Origin: Nymphaea colorata
Lineage: Eukaryota
NCBI RefSeq assembly: GCF_008831285.2
Contig: NC_045138.2
Coordinates: 21,452,001 to 21,516,000 of the forward strand
Direction of reading: 5' to 3'
Length of the DNA: 64,000 nucleotides
Position numbers and translations under genes: made by a program. This document shows positions 1-14,465 of this stretch, in pieces (the stretch's first letter is position 1; each line of letters opens with the position of its first letter). The notes under the pieces are model-generated. The model saw nothing but the letters and a program-made list of their open reading frames with translations. It was not told the DNA's origin and ran no database searches.

Positions 1-128
1 AACATAGCACGGCGCGTGGGGGCTTGTGTGAGCAATTGTCCATACAGTCCCACAAATTTTTTTTTCTTTTTTCTTTTTTTTTTTTACATTGGCGGTCACC
101 AATAATTACTAATGCATATGTATATCCT

Positions 129-514
129 TAATGATTTGCTTAGTGCCTCTCTACCATTTTATTTTGTGTAAGTTTTTCTAAACTAATGCCCCTAATCAAA
201 ATTTGCTGTTAGCATGCTTTTGCTAATATGGTAAAAGATCCATGGTAAAATTTATAGTTTCCATAGGTTAGAGCTAAGATCCACATTTAAAATTCTTTTT
301 ATATTTTTTTGCATTGAAATTAATGATTTGCTTAATGTCGCTCTACCATTTTAGTGTAAGTTTTTCTAAATTAATGCCCTCACCAAAATTTGCTGGCTTT
401 GCCACTGGATAGCATGTTTTTGATATTATGGTAAAAGAGCATGATAAAATTTATAGTTGATCATAGGTCAGACCTAAGATCCACATTTAAATTTCTTATT
501 GTATTTGCATTGAA
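129..514. repeat. Imperfect tandem duplication, two ~190-bp units, overlapping the end of a MITE-like element
   Basis: Unit TAATGATTTGCTTA...CTACCATTTT...CCACATTTAAA...GCATTGAAA occurs at ~129-320 and again at ~321-514. Sequence at ~20-60 (GCAATTGTCCATACAGTCCCACAAA) recurs at ~23105-23130, indicating a dispersed repeat family. Confidence 0.7.
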
Positions 515-578
515 AAAATGTATGATTTAAGATCGAATGACAGATGATTGGAGCTTAAATTCACAGCTCTCAAACCTT

Positions 579-814
579 GAGGTTGCATTTGATAGCCTGA
601 GATCTTAGATATGAGGCTGCATTAAAAGGTGTTTTTTGGTAGATCATCAGTTTAAACAATAACTGAAAATCTCAGTAATGTGGATTTTAAATCCATGTTA
701 CATGTTAAATCCATAGATTTGAGATCCTAATGATCTACGACCACTGCGGATCTCAGATCCATGGTCAAACAAACACAAGCTGAAGATTTTAAAACAAGGC
801 AATCAAACAACCCC
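579..814. mobile_element. Tourist/PIF-Harbinger-like MITE
   Basis: Imperfect terminal inverted repeats GAGGTTGCATTTGATAGCCT ... AGGCAATCAAACAACCCC followed by TTA. The internal motif CAGTTTAAACAAT..GA.AATCTCA.TAATGTGGAT is shared with the tandem unit at ~40165-40290. Confidence 0.45.
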
Positions 815-2619
815 TTAATGAAAATAACAAAAAACAATTAATTGCTTACTTAATGGAATGTATTTCTTGAGCAGCCAAATGTAAAGTAAAAAACAAGCAT
901 GTTTTGGTTTGCCTTGAGAGCCGAAACTTTGACATGTCCATGTCAAATATGCATTTACGATACATATTCCGCTTGATCTCATTTCTGGATTTTGCAGAAA
1001 CATGGTTCGCTATGTAATTTCTTTCGGTAGAAAATAAATGCCAATGTTATGTCTTCCAAGATGCTTGTATTATGGACAACTTGGTAATGAAAGAAGAAAC
1101 TTCTCAAATAAAGTGAAAATCGGGCATGTATGGCAAACGGAAATTATAACGAGAAAGATTTGAGAACTTAAAAATTAAAATATTCTCAAGAGACTTTTCA
1201 GGCCAATGAATTTGGGCCTGTATCCGAGACTTTTGATTTTTATATGATTTTTTTTTTTTGCATATTTTGGAGCAGCTGTATCAGTCAATATTTAAAAAAG
1301 AAGGTTATTCAAGCCCTTTCTCGTTACATTTTTCTGAAAAATAATGATATGCATCTCCATGTATAAACCATATTTACAACATCAGTTCAAATATGAGAGC
1401 TCGTGATTTGAGATTCTGGAATCTAATTTCCGGTCAATAGATTTCAGAGTTTTCGTTTAAAAGCAAGATAGATGTCATAACAAGATCCTCAAACAGAAAC
1501 ACAGTTTCAATATTAAACTAAAACCGCAATTGCAAATTTATGGCATCACTTGACTTGTTGTCTGCATCACCATCCTCACCAACGAACAGACCAAGACGAA
1601 CTAAAACAGCAATTGGTATATTATGCCATCACACTCACAAGTTTTCCTTTTCTGTCATTTTCTCTCCTTTTTCCCTTCATTGGCAAGGTGGAGCTGGGCA
1701 GGATCCTACCAGATTATACCCAAGAAATGCACAACTGAAGCATTGAAAACTTGAACTCCTTTAACTTGAACAACTTAAAACCATCCCCTAACCATGTGGG
1801 CAGTGCTCCTATTCAAGCCCTTATCATTTGAAGATATGGAACTTCCTGCATATCCTATGATGCCTAGTTTAGAGAAAAACAGAAGAATCTTGTTTAAGAT
1901 CAGCCAAATGCCCACTCTGCCATAGCACTGAAAGGCAGCAAAGAACAAGCAGGCGCTTATGACATTAAAGCAACAACTGGATGAGACATTTTTTTAAATT
2001 CAGAGACGGAAATAACAGACCTTTCAACTTCCTGTATCTGCAGCTTTCTCTAAACTCAGAAATGGAAACAACACCAGCTTCTCACCTCGCTGGGGTGGAG
2101 CCCTTCGCACTATCGGTGCATTTCTTGGCAAAGTATCGGGATTAGTGATTACTGTGTTTAAACTATCGTTTGCCAGGTTTTTAGAAGAAAACAAAAACTA
2201 ACCATACTATTTGAGCACCAACACCTGAGTGCTAGTGCTGACAAAAAATCTTGGAAAGCCAGATGAAACAGAAGCCTATTTCACAGCCTGATTATAGATG
2301 AGTATGCAAGAGGAGGAAATTGTCTAAAAATATTAAACATAAACATCTAAACCACAGTTTGTTCTACAATATCATGTATGAGCTATGATACAGAAACAAG
2401 ATGGATTAGTCACCAACATGCAGACCCTCTTGTACAAAACAAATCTGTCATACTAACTGATCACCAAAAGTTAAGACCGGCCCCAAAGTGTGAGATGCAC
2501 TCCTGATGAAAGAGTACAGCACATCCAATCAAAAGATTGCACAACATCTAGGACTATTGGATCCATTTGTTTCTCCAAGACCTCTGGCTTTGATATGACA
2601 ATGTAAGTAGCAAAAAAAT

Positions 2620-5600
2620 TTATTCCTGCTTGTCACGATTGAGGCGAGCTCGGTGCTTCAGCTCTGCTTTTTTCCACCGTACAATTAAATAGCACAGATT
2701 GAACAGTGTATTGACCTTGAGAGAGGAAAAGTGTTAGGTTAAAAAGGAGTGGCTTTTTTTTAAAATACAAAGATGGATATGGGTTGCCATTGATACTTAC
2801 AAGTATGATAATTGCAATGATCAGAAGAGGGCCAGACCAAAGTACTGAAAGGAAAAGACCATTTGGATCAAAATAATTCTGTCCAGCAAACTTTCTCCAA
2901 TTGCTTCCAAGTAGATGATTAATATTTTCAGCCAAATATACACCACCAACTGCAAGGTGCAGAAATCATCAGGGCAAGCATTGCAGTTAACAAGTTTAAA
3001 ATACTATATAAAGTATAAACTGTTGTCAAATGCATTGAACTGTACATAGCAACGTTCAACCGTACACACCAACAGCGAACAATAATGTTAACATATGAAA
3101 ATTAGAAAGCATATAAATTTCCTGGAAACAAGAAAGCTTGCCCCTGATAAGACGAGAAAATAAGAGTGGAGATCAGACCATCTCGCAGTCTCATGTGAAT
3201 ATAATGGCATTCCTTTTCATCATGGCTTACAGATCCAAGGGAAACGTGTAGGTTCCCTCCACTTTTTAAAGTTCTTAATACTTAACGCATCAGAAAACAC
3301 AACGCATTTCAACTATCTTTGTATATTTTAAGTTTTTTTTGTATTTCAAGTAATTACAGTTTTCAGTTTTTTTTTAACTTTTTGTTTTAGGTCACCACCA
3401 ATTGACTAGTCCTGTGTAGGTTTTACATGGATCTGACACTATAGTCATGTTGAAGGTCCATATTCGCACACAATCTTGTTGAAGCATAAACATTGACTTG
3501 ACAATATTCGTACACAATCTGGTTGAAGCATAACCATTGACTTCACATGGTGTAAGGCACTCAATTATGCAAATTTCGAACAAGAGCCTCATGAAAGTCA
3601 TGAAGCACTGCTTCAAGACCATCAAATGGATCTCTAGCTTTGATGATCTAAGCCAGAAGAAGGAGATCCATCTCAGAAGAAATCCATGACAATATGGAGC
3701 ACCTCATGTCACTTAGCAAAAGGTCGTACTGTGCCCAAGCTGATGCATCAAAAACATCGCTTTTATTTCTAACAAACAATGAAATGATAGTCTGCCAGCA
3801 TGGCTCCTAAACCCCTGCAATCAGATTTGTCCAGCCTCGATAGTCTACCACATTGTCACAAATATCCTTCTCAGACTTTTATGGGGCAAAGTTCTTCACA
3901 GATCTAATCAGCAAATATGTTCTTTTCTGGAAAAGCAGTGTGAGTCCAGAAAACTAAAATATATAAGAACAACAGTTTATGAATTTTCTACTATTTTTCT
4001 TACAAAAAAGTTTTGATAAACATTCAAGATAGTTATTAAAATGTTAAAAAAACAAAACATGAAAAATAGAAGTGTTGAACATTTTTCACAATGGCTTTTA
4101 AGACAGCATACAAAATATCATTATATTTTCATTTTCGTCATATTTCAGCATATCATGATCATTTCACTTTTTTTTTTCATTTCACTTGTTTATGCAATAT
4201 TTTGAAAATATCATTGATATTTGGGACAATTATCTACCATGAACGAAGGAAACAAGAAATGAAGGAGTAATTAAACAGAAAATAAACTAACGAAAATGTG
4301 GAAAATTTCATAGCTTCAATCTCAAGTGATCTAGCTAATTAAAATGTATAAATCATCCATTCATAATATCACAGACAGAAAACAAAATAACTGAGTAAAA
4401 AAGATAATCCCTACAAAAATAATAACCTAAAATGATAACGCTTCACAACTAATAATGGCTAGACTATGATTTTTTTTAATTCAAAAACTTAACAAAAAGA
4501 TTATTCTGGATCTAGATGGATCTAGTGTGCCCAGGTCACATTTGGATTGCCCAAAGCTCCTGCATCGATCTCCCTGGGCTGAATAAAAGCACCCTTCGGT
4601 CTGATTTGCTTCTGCTTCTTCCAATTTTGCTTAATCTGACATGCTACAAACTCAAAATGAGATTGGAGCATGTGGTCGTGCTAAATAAAATCAGCACTCT
4701 GAAGATGGGATGTTACAATTCATCTGCCTTAAAGAATACACATCCGTACGTTTTGGGCCCTGACATGGCTCCAATACCAACTGCAATAATCCAGCTTTTT
4801 AAAATTGACTCGAGTATTTGCTCTGCTAATTGTATCCCACTTTTACAGCCAGCTTTTTTTGGAATTCAAAAAGGGCTATGAATCAGGGCACAAGGTAGTA
4901 CAAGAAGTAGGTATATAAGGACATGAAATTTTCTCAAAGGATCTTAGATATGAAATTATTGTCAAATGGCTCCCAGGCACAGGATGTTCAACTTTTCATG
5001 CGTAAGGAATCTGAACAGAAGATTGAATCAAAGATCCGAACTCTATCCCGATCAAAACTTTCAACTCTCTTCAAATTTCAACTAAGGAAACCACAGCACT
5101 ATGCAATTCCACGAATCAAGGGTCCACAATTAACCCTTCAATTGCATGCTATTTCTTAGTTCAAAAGATAGAGATCTATTTGTTTTTTACAAATATTTGA
5201 TGTCCCTACAAGGACATTTCAAGGGCCAGAAAGAATCTTGAGACCTCTGTATTTCTGCTATAAGTTCTACATGAAGATAATACATATCTAAACATGATGC
5301 GGCTGACAATAGCAATGATGTATGGGGCTGCAAGAAGGCTAATCTAGCAATCAGGACGAATGGCATGTAGTAAAAATGCAAATAGCTTTTTCTAAATCAA
5401 TTAGGGAATACATATCTAAACATGATGCTGCTGACATCCATACCTTAATTTTTCTTTAAAAACTAAAGGAAATAACACTTCTGCACAACATAAACTAATA
5501 AAGAAGGTGTTAGACAAGTAGGAATGTCACAACATACGTGCTAGAAGAAACAAGATCATCTGAAAGTTGCTATGCTTCCTGGAGGCGATAGCCACCACCA

Positions 5601-5646
5601 CAAGAATCACATGAAAAATCAGCAACGATATCAACCATGGCTCCTA

Positions 5647-5688
<42 letters not shown>

Positions 5689-7368
5689 ACAACAGAATAA
5701 CTGTAAGGCAGAACATAACAGGTCCATACTTTTATTAAGAATGATATATACATGAGTAGAGTGTGCTTGTGTGTGTGTATGTGTGATCCTGATGTGTGTG
5801 TGTGTATGTGTGATCATGATGTGTGTGTGTAAGAGAGAGAGAGAGAGAGCACGCAAACCCTGGAGACCTAAATGACCACCCACGATCAGATGGTAATACC
5901 AACCGTCTTTTCTAGCTCCAGTCTATTATGTCGGTATTCTCCTCTCCTATGAAGCCCATTCTAATAGATGTGACTACATGCAGCCAAGATTGCATACATA
6001 TATGTACAAAAGAGAAGTAGAGAACCTTAACAAATCAACTGTAATGCAGCAACAAAGAACTACCAGCTATGCACAAACAAGGGACTTAAACTTAAGAAAG
6101 CGAGCTCAATATAAATGCTTTTGCACACATAACAAACATTCAAAATGCTCATCTCCTCAAAGAGATATATATATTCACTTTCATTAGATGTAAAATCTTA
6201 TAATTTCAATGCAGATATTTATCCTTCATTATGGATGTGAACACTTGCATATTTTGTACCCATGGTTACTATTTCTGTGTAGGTCAAGGTTATAAAAATG
6301 TCTCCTACAAAATATTTCTTCATGAGGAATCCAAATCATCCCCTAGTTTCTTTACTGAAAGCCCGGACGATCTGCTGGTACAGCTTAACAGCACCAACTA
6401 CTTTTTATCTAAGATAATACGGTAGAGACTAGTAAGGCAATAGGTTGAACCGTTGAAGGATGCTTAACCTTCGGTTACTGCACTGGATAGAACGAAGCAC
6501 AAAAGCACATGTCCAGCCATAGCACATGTCCGGCCATAGACACGAACAAACAACCGTTTCACTTGTACCAAAATAGATTGTTTCATCAGATGTCTTAATT
6601 TTTAAGCAAAATAATGACAAAAATGTATTTCACTACTATTCATCCTGCTTTCATAGTTAAGGTGGCTTACACAAATACCATTTATGATTCTATCCATCTT
6701 TGTTGCTTTGCTTTTTCTTTTCCCAATTCAAAGAAATATAAGCCACTACAATTCAATTTCTACTATTCTGTCAGATCAGATAATATGGAAAAGGATCTAC
6801 GTTGCAAGTCAGAAGACGAACTTAACCACATTGACCAAATCACAGCATGGAGCTGAATGTATATCTCACAATTCCCACCTAGCTTCTAAAAGCGTGCAGG
6901 TGAAAGCACATCTCTTGACTATTGACAAAAGCATGAAGCACCTCTTTTCCTCAACAATGTCGGGTATAACTAGTTCTCAGTCTAGATCGAATTCACACAA
7001 GCATGTAACGCTATTTCTCAGGGAAAAGAAAGAACTGTCCCGGTATCATAAAGATTATCTTTAGATTCGTCCGTAATTATGCATAGTAAATGACAGAAAA
7101 CAATTGCTAATGGAGAGAACATTGATTTCCTCATGCTTTGTTGTCCAACAACGAGGCAGATAACGTAATCACTGAAAGAAAGAGAAACCCATTAAAAAGC
7201 CAAAAACTAAAGAAGAAGGGGACTTACCTTCCAATCGATGGCGTGGAAGAAGCCGACGAAGTTGTCAATGGCGGGTTGGCTTCCGCTTCGGATCTCGTCC
7301 CTCACCTTGTCAAACAGATCTGAAAGAAAGTCCAACTGACCCTCGATAGCTGACTTCACCTCTTCCAT
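2620..7368 (-). CDS. TMEM18: Transmembrane protein 18 (TMEM18) homolog, 4 exons, 163 aa
   Basis: Exons 7368-7228, 5643-5538, 2949-2801, 2715-2620, all with GT-AG boundaries and in frame: MEEVKSAIEGQLDFLSD...FFHAIDWK|EPWLISLLIFHV...NFQMILFLLA|L..VYLAENIN..LGSNWRKFAGQNYFDPNGLFLSVLWSGPLL|VNTLFNLCYLIVRWKKAELKHRAR...QE*. HAIDWKEPW, QNYFD and SGP are TMEM18 family hallmarks. Confidence 0.93.
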
Positions 7369-8466
7369 TCTCTCGCTCTCTCCCACACTGCTCTCCCTCG
7401 CCCTCTAGTGGCCGGAGTGGCAGCCTTCAAATGTCGGGTCCTTGCCAATGGAACCTTGGAGAGGCGTTGGGAAAATTGGCCAGAATCGATCTAAATCGGC
7501 CGATTCAAATCCGATCGGCCCTGTTTCTTCGATGCAGGGGCTGATTCGAGGGACTTCAAAAAAATCCCGACTCGCCTCAATCGTCACGTGAATCGGCCAA
7601 TTAGAACTGAATCGATGACTTCGGCCCCTCGCAACAAATAAGAATACAACCCGACACCACCTTACTGGTAAAAACCATAAAACTGGTGTTTTCTTTGTAC
7701 TCACACTGATTTTGCATTTTTTTTGGGAACAATTGTAAAATATCTACTTTTTGTTTTGGAAGAATTTTTGAACCTATAAGAAGTGAAAAAATGGCTCCAC
7801 ATAAGAAATTGTTTTATTATTGTTAAATGCAACATGAATTTACTTTTACAAGCTTTAGGGACTGTTGGATGACACCCTCAATGAAGCCAGTTTTGTGAAA
7901 ACTTGGTTTTATGAAAATCAAATTTTTTATTCAGTTTTGAAAATTTGGTTTGTTTGTTTGTTTGTTTGGATGACACACCCAAAACCTTGTTTATGAAAAT
8001 AAGATCTTCCAGACTCAGTAACGCTCATGGAAATAAGTTTTAACATTTCCTCTTAGATTCTATTGTAGTGATTTTGATCTGTTGTGCAGGAATATCACCT
8101 CCCACATAGGACTAAGCCACTCATCAAAAGGACCAGGTGCTCTCTAATTGAATGTTTGCATGGTGCTCTAAACCTAGCTTGCATCTATCATTATATGCAT
8201 CATGCCCATTTGCACATGCTTAGGGTCGTACAAGAGCCAAGTCGAGCTCGAGCTCGGTCAGCTCAACTCAACTTGATTCATATCTTGCTCAGCTTAAGCA
8301 CGAGTCAAGTTGTACAAGGTCAGCTCAACTCGATAGACCAAGTCTTAACTCTAACTCAAGCTTGAGCTTGACTCGTTTAAACTCATTTACCAACTCCTCA
8401 TTTGACTTGATCGGTTTCTTTGTTTAACTTAGCAACTTCTAGGGATGTCAATATATCTGATTTAGA

Positions 8467-9100
8467 TTGAATCTCCAACCGAGCCCTTTCCTACTTCAGT
8501 CAATCTCTCTCCTCCATGTGAACGGACTCCAGTCTCTCCCCTTTCTTCCCAATAGTCTGAAGATTTTCACCTCCGATCATCCTTTTCCGAACATTGGAGT
8601 CCCTTCACATGAAGCCTTCCTTTGTTTCCTACCTTGCAGTTCTCTATAAGATGTGTGTCCTCACTTAATGCTGCATCCACAAACTACCTCCTGGAGAAAA
8701 TATTTCGCTCGATTTCCATCTCAAAATCAAATCGAGAAACAAAAACCAACGGAACCTCTAAACAAATTCTTGTAAACCCTGTGGACGTTTGTGTTGACCC
8801 CATCCCACCCAATTCACCTCACAATGCCTCCACTACTCCTATGAATGTTTTCGACTCCACGTACATGGTGGCAAATGTGACAGGTGAATCCAGAGAGAAA
8901 CACAGAGATGAACTTCAACCTTAGAAAATCACCCGGCAGCCATTTCCTTGCTACCAGGAGACCTTCTGCCCACTCTCCAAATCCCTCTTTTTTCACCATC
9001 CACCCCCAAACCCTACACCTTTTTCTGGCTGAGCAGCACAACTCACGGGTTTCACGAACACACTCTCCCCTAGCGCTTCTCCTCAACGCATTTTTCACCC
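8467..9100 (-). mobile_element. Degenerate L1-type LINE ORF1 (DUF4283-like) remnant
   Basis: Minus-strand translation LLVARKWLPGDF..KFISVFLSGF...SSGGIV resembles the 'kWxP...WVrixGLP...lGg.v.vD' pattern of plant L1 ORF1. Interrupted by stops; recognised by motif only. Confidence 0.4.
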
Positions 9101-9253
9101 TTCTGGTTGTTTACAAAATTATTCAGAAAACGTTTGTAGAACTTAAATCAATTTTTGTAGAGTCTGATCCATGAAACATGCGTTCTGTTGACAGGAAATC
9201 AGCAAAACTTCTCTGCGGGGAAAATTACTACGCTAAGAAGGGAAAAAGGAAAA

Positions 9254-9267
9254 TCTCTCTCTCTCTC

Positions 9268-9324
<57 letters not shown>
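9254..9324. repeat. Compound (TC)n(AT)n microsatellite
   Basis: Directly visible, just downstream of the FUT13 3' end. Confidence 0.95.
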
Positions 9325-9328
<4 letters not shown>

Positions 9329-9499
9329 CCTGACCTGAACTCATCTTAGATTCCATTTAACAGGCCCTTTCCTTCACTAAATTGCAAAGACCAAAAAACA
9401 CAAGAAGCTTGGTCTTGTACAGAGCTTCAACACATCAATGTACAACAATTACAGACTGGTCAATAACAAGATACAACCAAAATGCTGTATTCACAGTTC

Positions 9500-12400
9500 T
9501 CAAGCATCCCTCCCACCTTTCCGGCTCACAGCTTCACATAGCCGACAAGGCAACGTGTCAAGGCTCATAGCACGTGCCTTGTGATAATTGCCCATCACGC
9601 CGCACCTTCTCCATGCATGATACTCAGCATATGCAACTGGATCGTTAGCAAGGTCCTTGACATAAGAAGCCAGTTCCTCGAGGGATGCAAATTTTGTACC
9701 ATCGATAATAGAATTTGGAGGAACAAAGTCCCATACGTTTGGTGCTCCAAAATAAATTGGAACTGATCCCGCATCCAATGCATAAAAGAGCTTCTCGGTG
9801 ACATAGCTCTCTGTCATGGTATTCTCAATAGCGAGCACAAACTTATAGTGTGACATGGCACAGTGAAGATGATCCCACCACTTTGGTACTGCGCTTTCAC
9901 GATTCGCACACTCTGGATAATAGGTCAGTGCCATGTTTGTGCCACCAACATTATTCAAGCATTTGCCAAATGAATGATGCGGCAGCATCGAGAGGAGCTT
10001 CTTAGCCAGACGATTTCTTTGCCAAACACATCTCGAAGATGACCAGTAAACAAGTGTATCCTACAAAATGAATGAAAAAAATTCAAATGGAAGACAAGTT
10101 TATATGATCAAGCCAACAAAAATACACAGTTCCTAGATCCAATAATGCTTAACCATGCTAATGAATAGCTTCTTCGAACAGAAAGACAACCCACATGCCT
10201 TTGCTCCTTCAATTAACAGAGGCACTAGGCATAGTAGTACTATTTCAATTCAAACAGACACTATCCACTGAAAACACATACGGACATTTTAATTCCTATG
10301 GAAGAAATTGTATTCACTCCAACAACTTTAGTGACAGATAAAGAGAAAAAGTCGATATGTCCTGATTCAAAATAAAATTCACGTAGATGTGAAACCATAC
10401 AGCTACCATATACTGACTATCATAGACATCTATATGTGCATAATGTAAATGTGCATCACTTTGCCCATCGCTCACCAAATTGCATTTCCTGATTCAAAAT
10501 ATGGTTGTGATTTCTGGCCACCGCTAATGAAGTCATTGTAGCACATTTATAAAATCAAATCCCAGAAAACTTCAATATTTCAAAAATACAACCATAACCT
10601 CATAGTATCTTAACTACTTTTGAAGGTAATTCCGGTGTTTTTGGAAAAAATGAACATGATGAACTTACATTTGGAGGGCAAAATGTAAGTGAACTGGTTA
10701 ACCATATAAAAGTGCACATCGAGACAGGAATATGATCAGTTTTAAGCTGTGTGCAGAATTAGCAGGCTTGAGCTGTACATTTCAATCTTCAAAAATTTTT
10801 ACTCAATCTTATTTCTTTCATTTAACTTTAATGACAACATTTCAGTTTCACAATGTTTTTGAGCTTTATACACTTACATTTTGCTTCTTAGATGATATTT
10901 GATAACTCCGACCATTATGAAACAGTGCCCCTGCGTAAGTTGACTGAACATCATCTTTGGCATGATAAGTAATAAAAATATCCTCATATCCTGAAGATCG
11001 TCGACCAGGCTCAAGATCCATGTATACGCGAAGCGGATCTCCCTTGGTTCTCTGGCAAATAACAGATTATCTTGATAAGCATTTGAAATGATGACCAGAA
11101 GAATTTGAATACATAAAGCACCAAGTCAGTCAACTATAAGAGTTTGAAGATTATATCCAACCCTACAAAGGCAAATATCCAGAAACACTTGCCATGATCA
11201 AGCGGACCATGCAATTGGTACAAGAGAAACATCTTACCTTTTTGGCAACAGTAAAAACAGGAATAAATAATTTACAGTTGTCTTCCAGTCAAAAACGGTC
11301 TTTCTAAAAAACACCAAAATTGAAAACAGAGGTGGAGAAAAGGACAGAGAAATTTACCAAAACTGAAAATATATGAAAAGTGGCTTTCAAAAAGAACATC
11401 CATAATAAATACATCTATATATGTATAAGAGAGTTCTATGCTATTGTGTGCTGGATGGCTAAAAATTAAAAATCTGTCATTAAAAATAACCATTAGTGAC
11501 AGTTTATGATACAATGATGGTTCATGGTATTTTTAGCAACAACTCATGGTGCTTTTAGTAAACAGATTTTTAATTTTTAGCCATCTGACAACATCTGTGT
11601 GTCGAATGGCTAAAAGTTAAAGAACCGTCACTAAAAAATAGCCATCAAATAACCATTAGCGACAACTAATGACGCAATGATGGTTTCTGTTATTTTAGCA
11701 ATGATTCATGGTGCTTTTCGCAAACAGATTGTTAACTAGATTGTTAACTTTTAGCTATCTGGCAAAATCTAGCACACGGCAGCAAAGAATTCTCCTATAT
11801 ATATATCTATATATATATATGCTCACCATTAACATGATTATGACCATAAAGTGCTTTATGATACACAACATTCACAGAAATTGAAATCATGTTTTATTCA
11901 AACAAATGGTTACACACACATCTCTTTGATTGGAATTGCACATACATGACATCGAGTTTAAGCAACCACTTCTTGGTTCATTCAGTATATGAATTTCAAT
12001 GTCATCCTATTAGCAGCCACCAGCTAACTTGGAACCCTTACAAAGCACCCCAATACCACACACACACACTCAGCCCTAATCCTAGATTAGGATTCTTCCC
12101 TCCTAGAGGTAAGGACTTAAATAGACGGATGATCCCTCCCTCAGTGCCTTTGACCTATTTACAGTTTTATTGGGTCTGCCCCAACTAGGAACCAATCTGA
12201 ATCCATAACCAGTTACTAACAATACTCCGCCCTTTGCAAAACACCTTGCCCTCAAGTTGTGAGCATGAAAATGATTGTCGCAGAAAAGATTCCTCCCCTT
12301 GCTTTCAGCCTGTCAAGGTGGACAGCCAAGTGTAAATTCTGTCTCAACAACGGCCTTCATAATGTAGGTGCACACTTGAAAATTAGCTGCTCCCTCTCAG

Positions 12401-14427
12401 AAGTTTCTTCAAATGTAGTGGAGACCGCTCCCCGATAAATGCAAGCCAACTGCTTGGCCATTGGAATTTCTATATCCCAGCTTCCTTATTCCTTCATATT
12501 TGAATAGCTGTGGTGGATGCCTGCACTTCAGTTTGAAGCGAAACAAGAGCGGGGAGTACTCTGATGTGGGTGGTCTAGGTGCTTCTGTTATATCCAGTCC
12601 GATGGAATGATTTGAGCAAGTCTTGCACCCTCATTCTTAACAACGGAGAGCTGCCATTATCCGACCTTGTAACTGCTACCATAACCTCTTTCAAGTTAAA
12701 ATTTCCAGTGTTCAACTCTAGATAGCACAGTAGCACTCATGTATGCTTTTGAAATCCATGTCATCCAAGATGTTAGCCAACTGTTGTTGACCGAGCACAC
12801 TCGTTCTGAGAAGTTGATTCTGCTTTTTGTTTAAAATTTAATCCTTCTTCAGTTGATGGGTAAACATTATCCCATTACATGGGTTGTGTATAATAGTGAT
12901 CCCGACTCCTTGAACACGGATGAAGTTTTCCATTACAATCTTCTCACTGGTCACATCTTGTGCTATAAGACTAACACCAACAACATCTTCCTTTAGATCC
13001 TTGAGCAAACATGCATTCACCACTAAGACGACAGGCCCATTTCCCTCCATCCCATATGTTTTGAACGTAATTTCAACATTTTTCTCTTCTTTACCTGCGA
13101 GTGCCAGCAGAAGTGTTCTTTTCCCAACTTCAATTGAATCCCCCTCAACAGGGTCAATCAAGGGCAACCCAATGACTTCCTCCCCAGCCAAATCCTGTCA
13201 ATTCGGCAGCCTTCATGTTCCTTCTGTTGAGCCTTCCAAAAGAATCAACAGCCAAAATGGATACAACCACTGTTTTTATGAGATGAACCATTTCATTGGC
13301 AACTATCTGTAGTTCATCTCTTCCTCGAACCATGGTGACATCTACCTGGACGACAAGGGCCTTGGGGCCGCTAGACTGAGTGCCATCTTGCAATGATCCC
13401 TTCAGTGTAAGCTGCAAGGAGTGAATGGCGTCGAGCTCAATATCTTCGCAGGGAAGGCTCCTTCGCTCAACTCCCTTAAGAAAAGCCTTATGGATGACAT
13501 CTGTCCCATAATGGGATCTTCGTGATATTTCCATTTCTTTCTGAATGTCTTCAGTTCCATCCTGCTGCCATGGGGGCTTCCAAGGATGCCTCACTCACCC
13601 TGCGTGCCTACAAAAAACAGAGGCCAAGGCAATGCAGTGCTCTGTTGGTGTTTGCTCCTCCTTGCAATTGGTGAATTCCACTAGTTCTCCCTTCCAGCAT
13701 GAGGGCTCAAACAAAACCTTAGGAGAGTATTCCATGCCTCGGTTTTTTTATGATGGTGTCAATATTGGGTGGTTGAACCAACTCCCAAAGCCTTAGGTGC
13801 CTCAAACAGAGATCGGAATGGCGACATCTCTGATTCCTCCACCACATCTTCCACATGGTTTGCCGTTGACTCCCTCTCCCTTTTCGAGAAATCTAGTTTA
13901 ATCGAGAGTGAGTTCACAACTTCACATTCATTTTTGCAATCTGGTCACGACGCTGCAGAGCGACTGCTGCACTCAGGTGCGGGTGCAAGTGCGGCTCGGA
14001 TTCGCACCCAAAACAAGACAACAAGAGTCGGGTGCGGCTGACCGCACCTGATCATTTTCGACCATTTTAGACACGCACCTGACTCGCGTTTGACTCAAGT
14101 CGGGTGCGGCCAACCACATCAAACCTATTTTCGTTTTTTTTTTTTTTTATTTTAAAAAATTTTAACGTTAAAAAGAGGGTTTACTATTTTTTCATTTATG
14201 TGTTCTGTCCTGGTTTTGTTGTTCTTTGTTTACTTGTTTAAAGTTTGTACTTTGTAAGCATGTTAATGCTTAATATGTTGCATTCATATACACAATACAT
14301 TATAACTTATAAATATGTAATATATAATATTCATATATAATGTATCCATAAAGTGTGTAATGTAGAGTGTCTAGATTATAGTGTATACTCTAAATTTCTT
14401 AATTCTTATATGTGTGTAATATGTATG

Positions 14428-14465
<38 letters not shown>

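Noticed and set aside
3390..3890. Possible copia RT remnant in TMEM18 intron 2 (ANFEQEPHESH)
   Set aside because: Only one weak motif; not enough to annotate.
12838..13594. Two ORFs as a functional phytochrome gene
   Set aside because: No chromophore-binding GAF region; frameshifts, an internal stop and a large deletion; lies inside an LTR element within another gene's intron.
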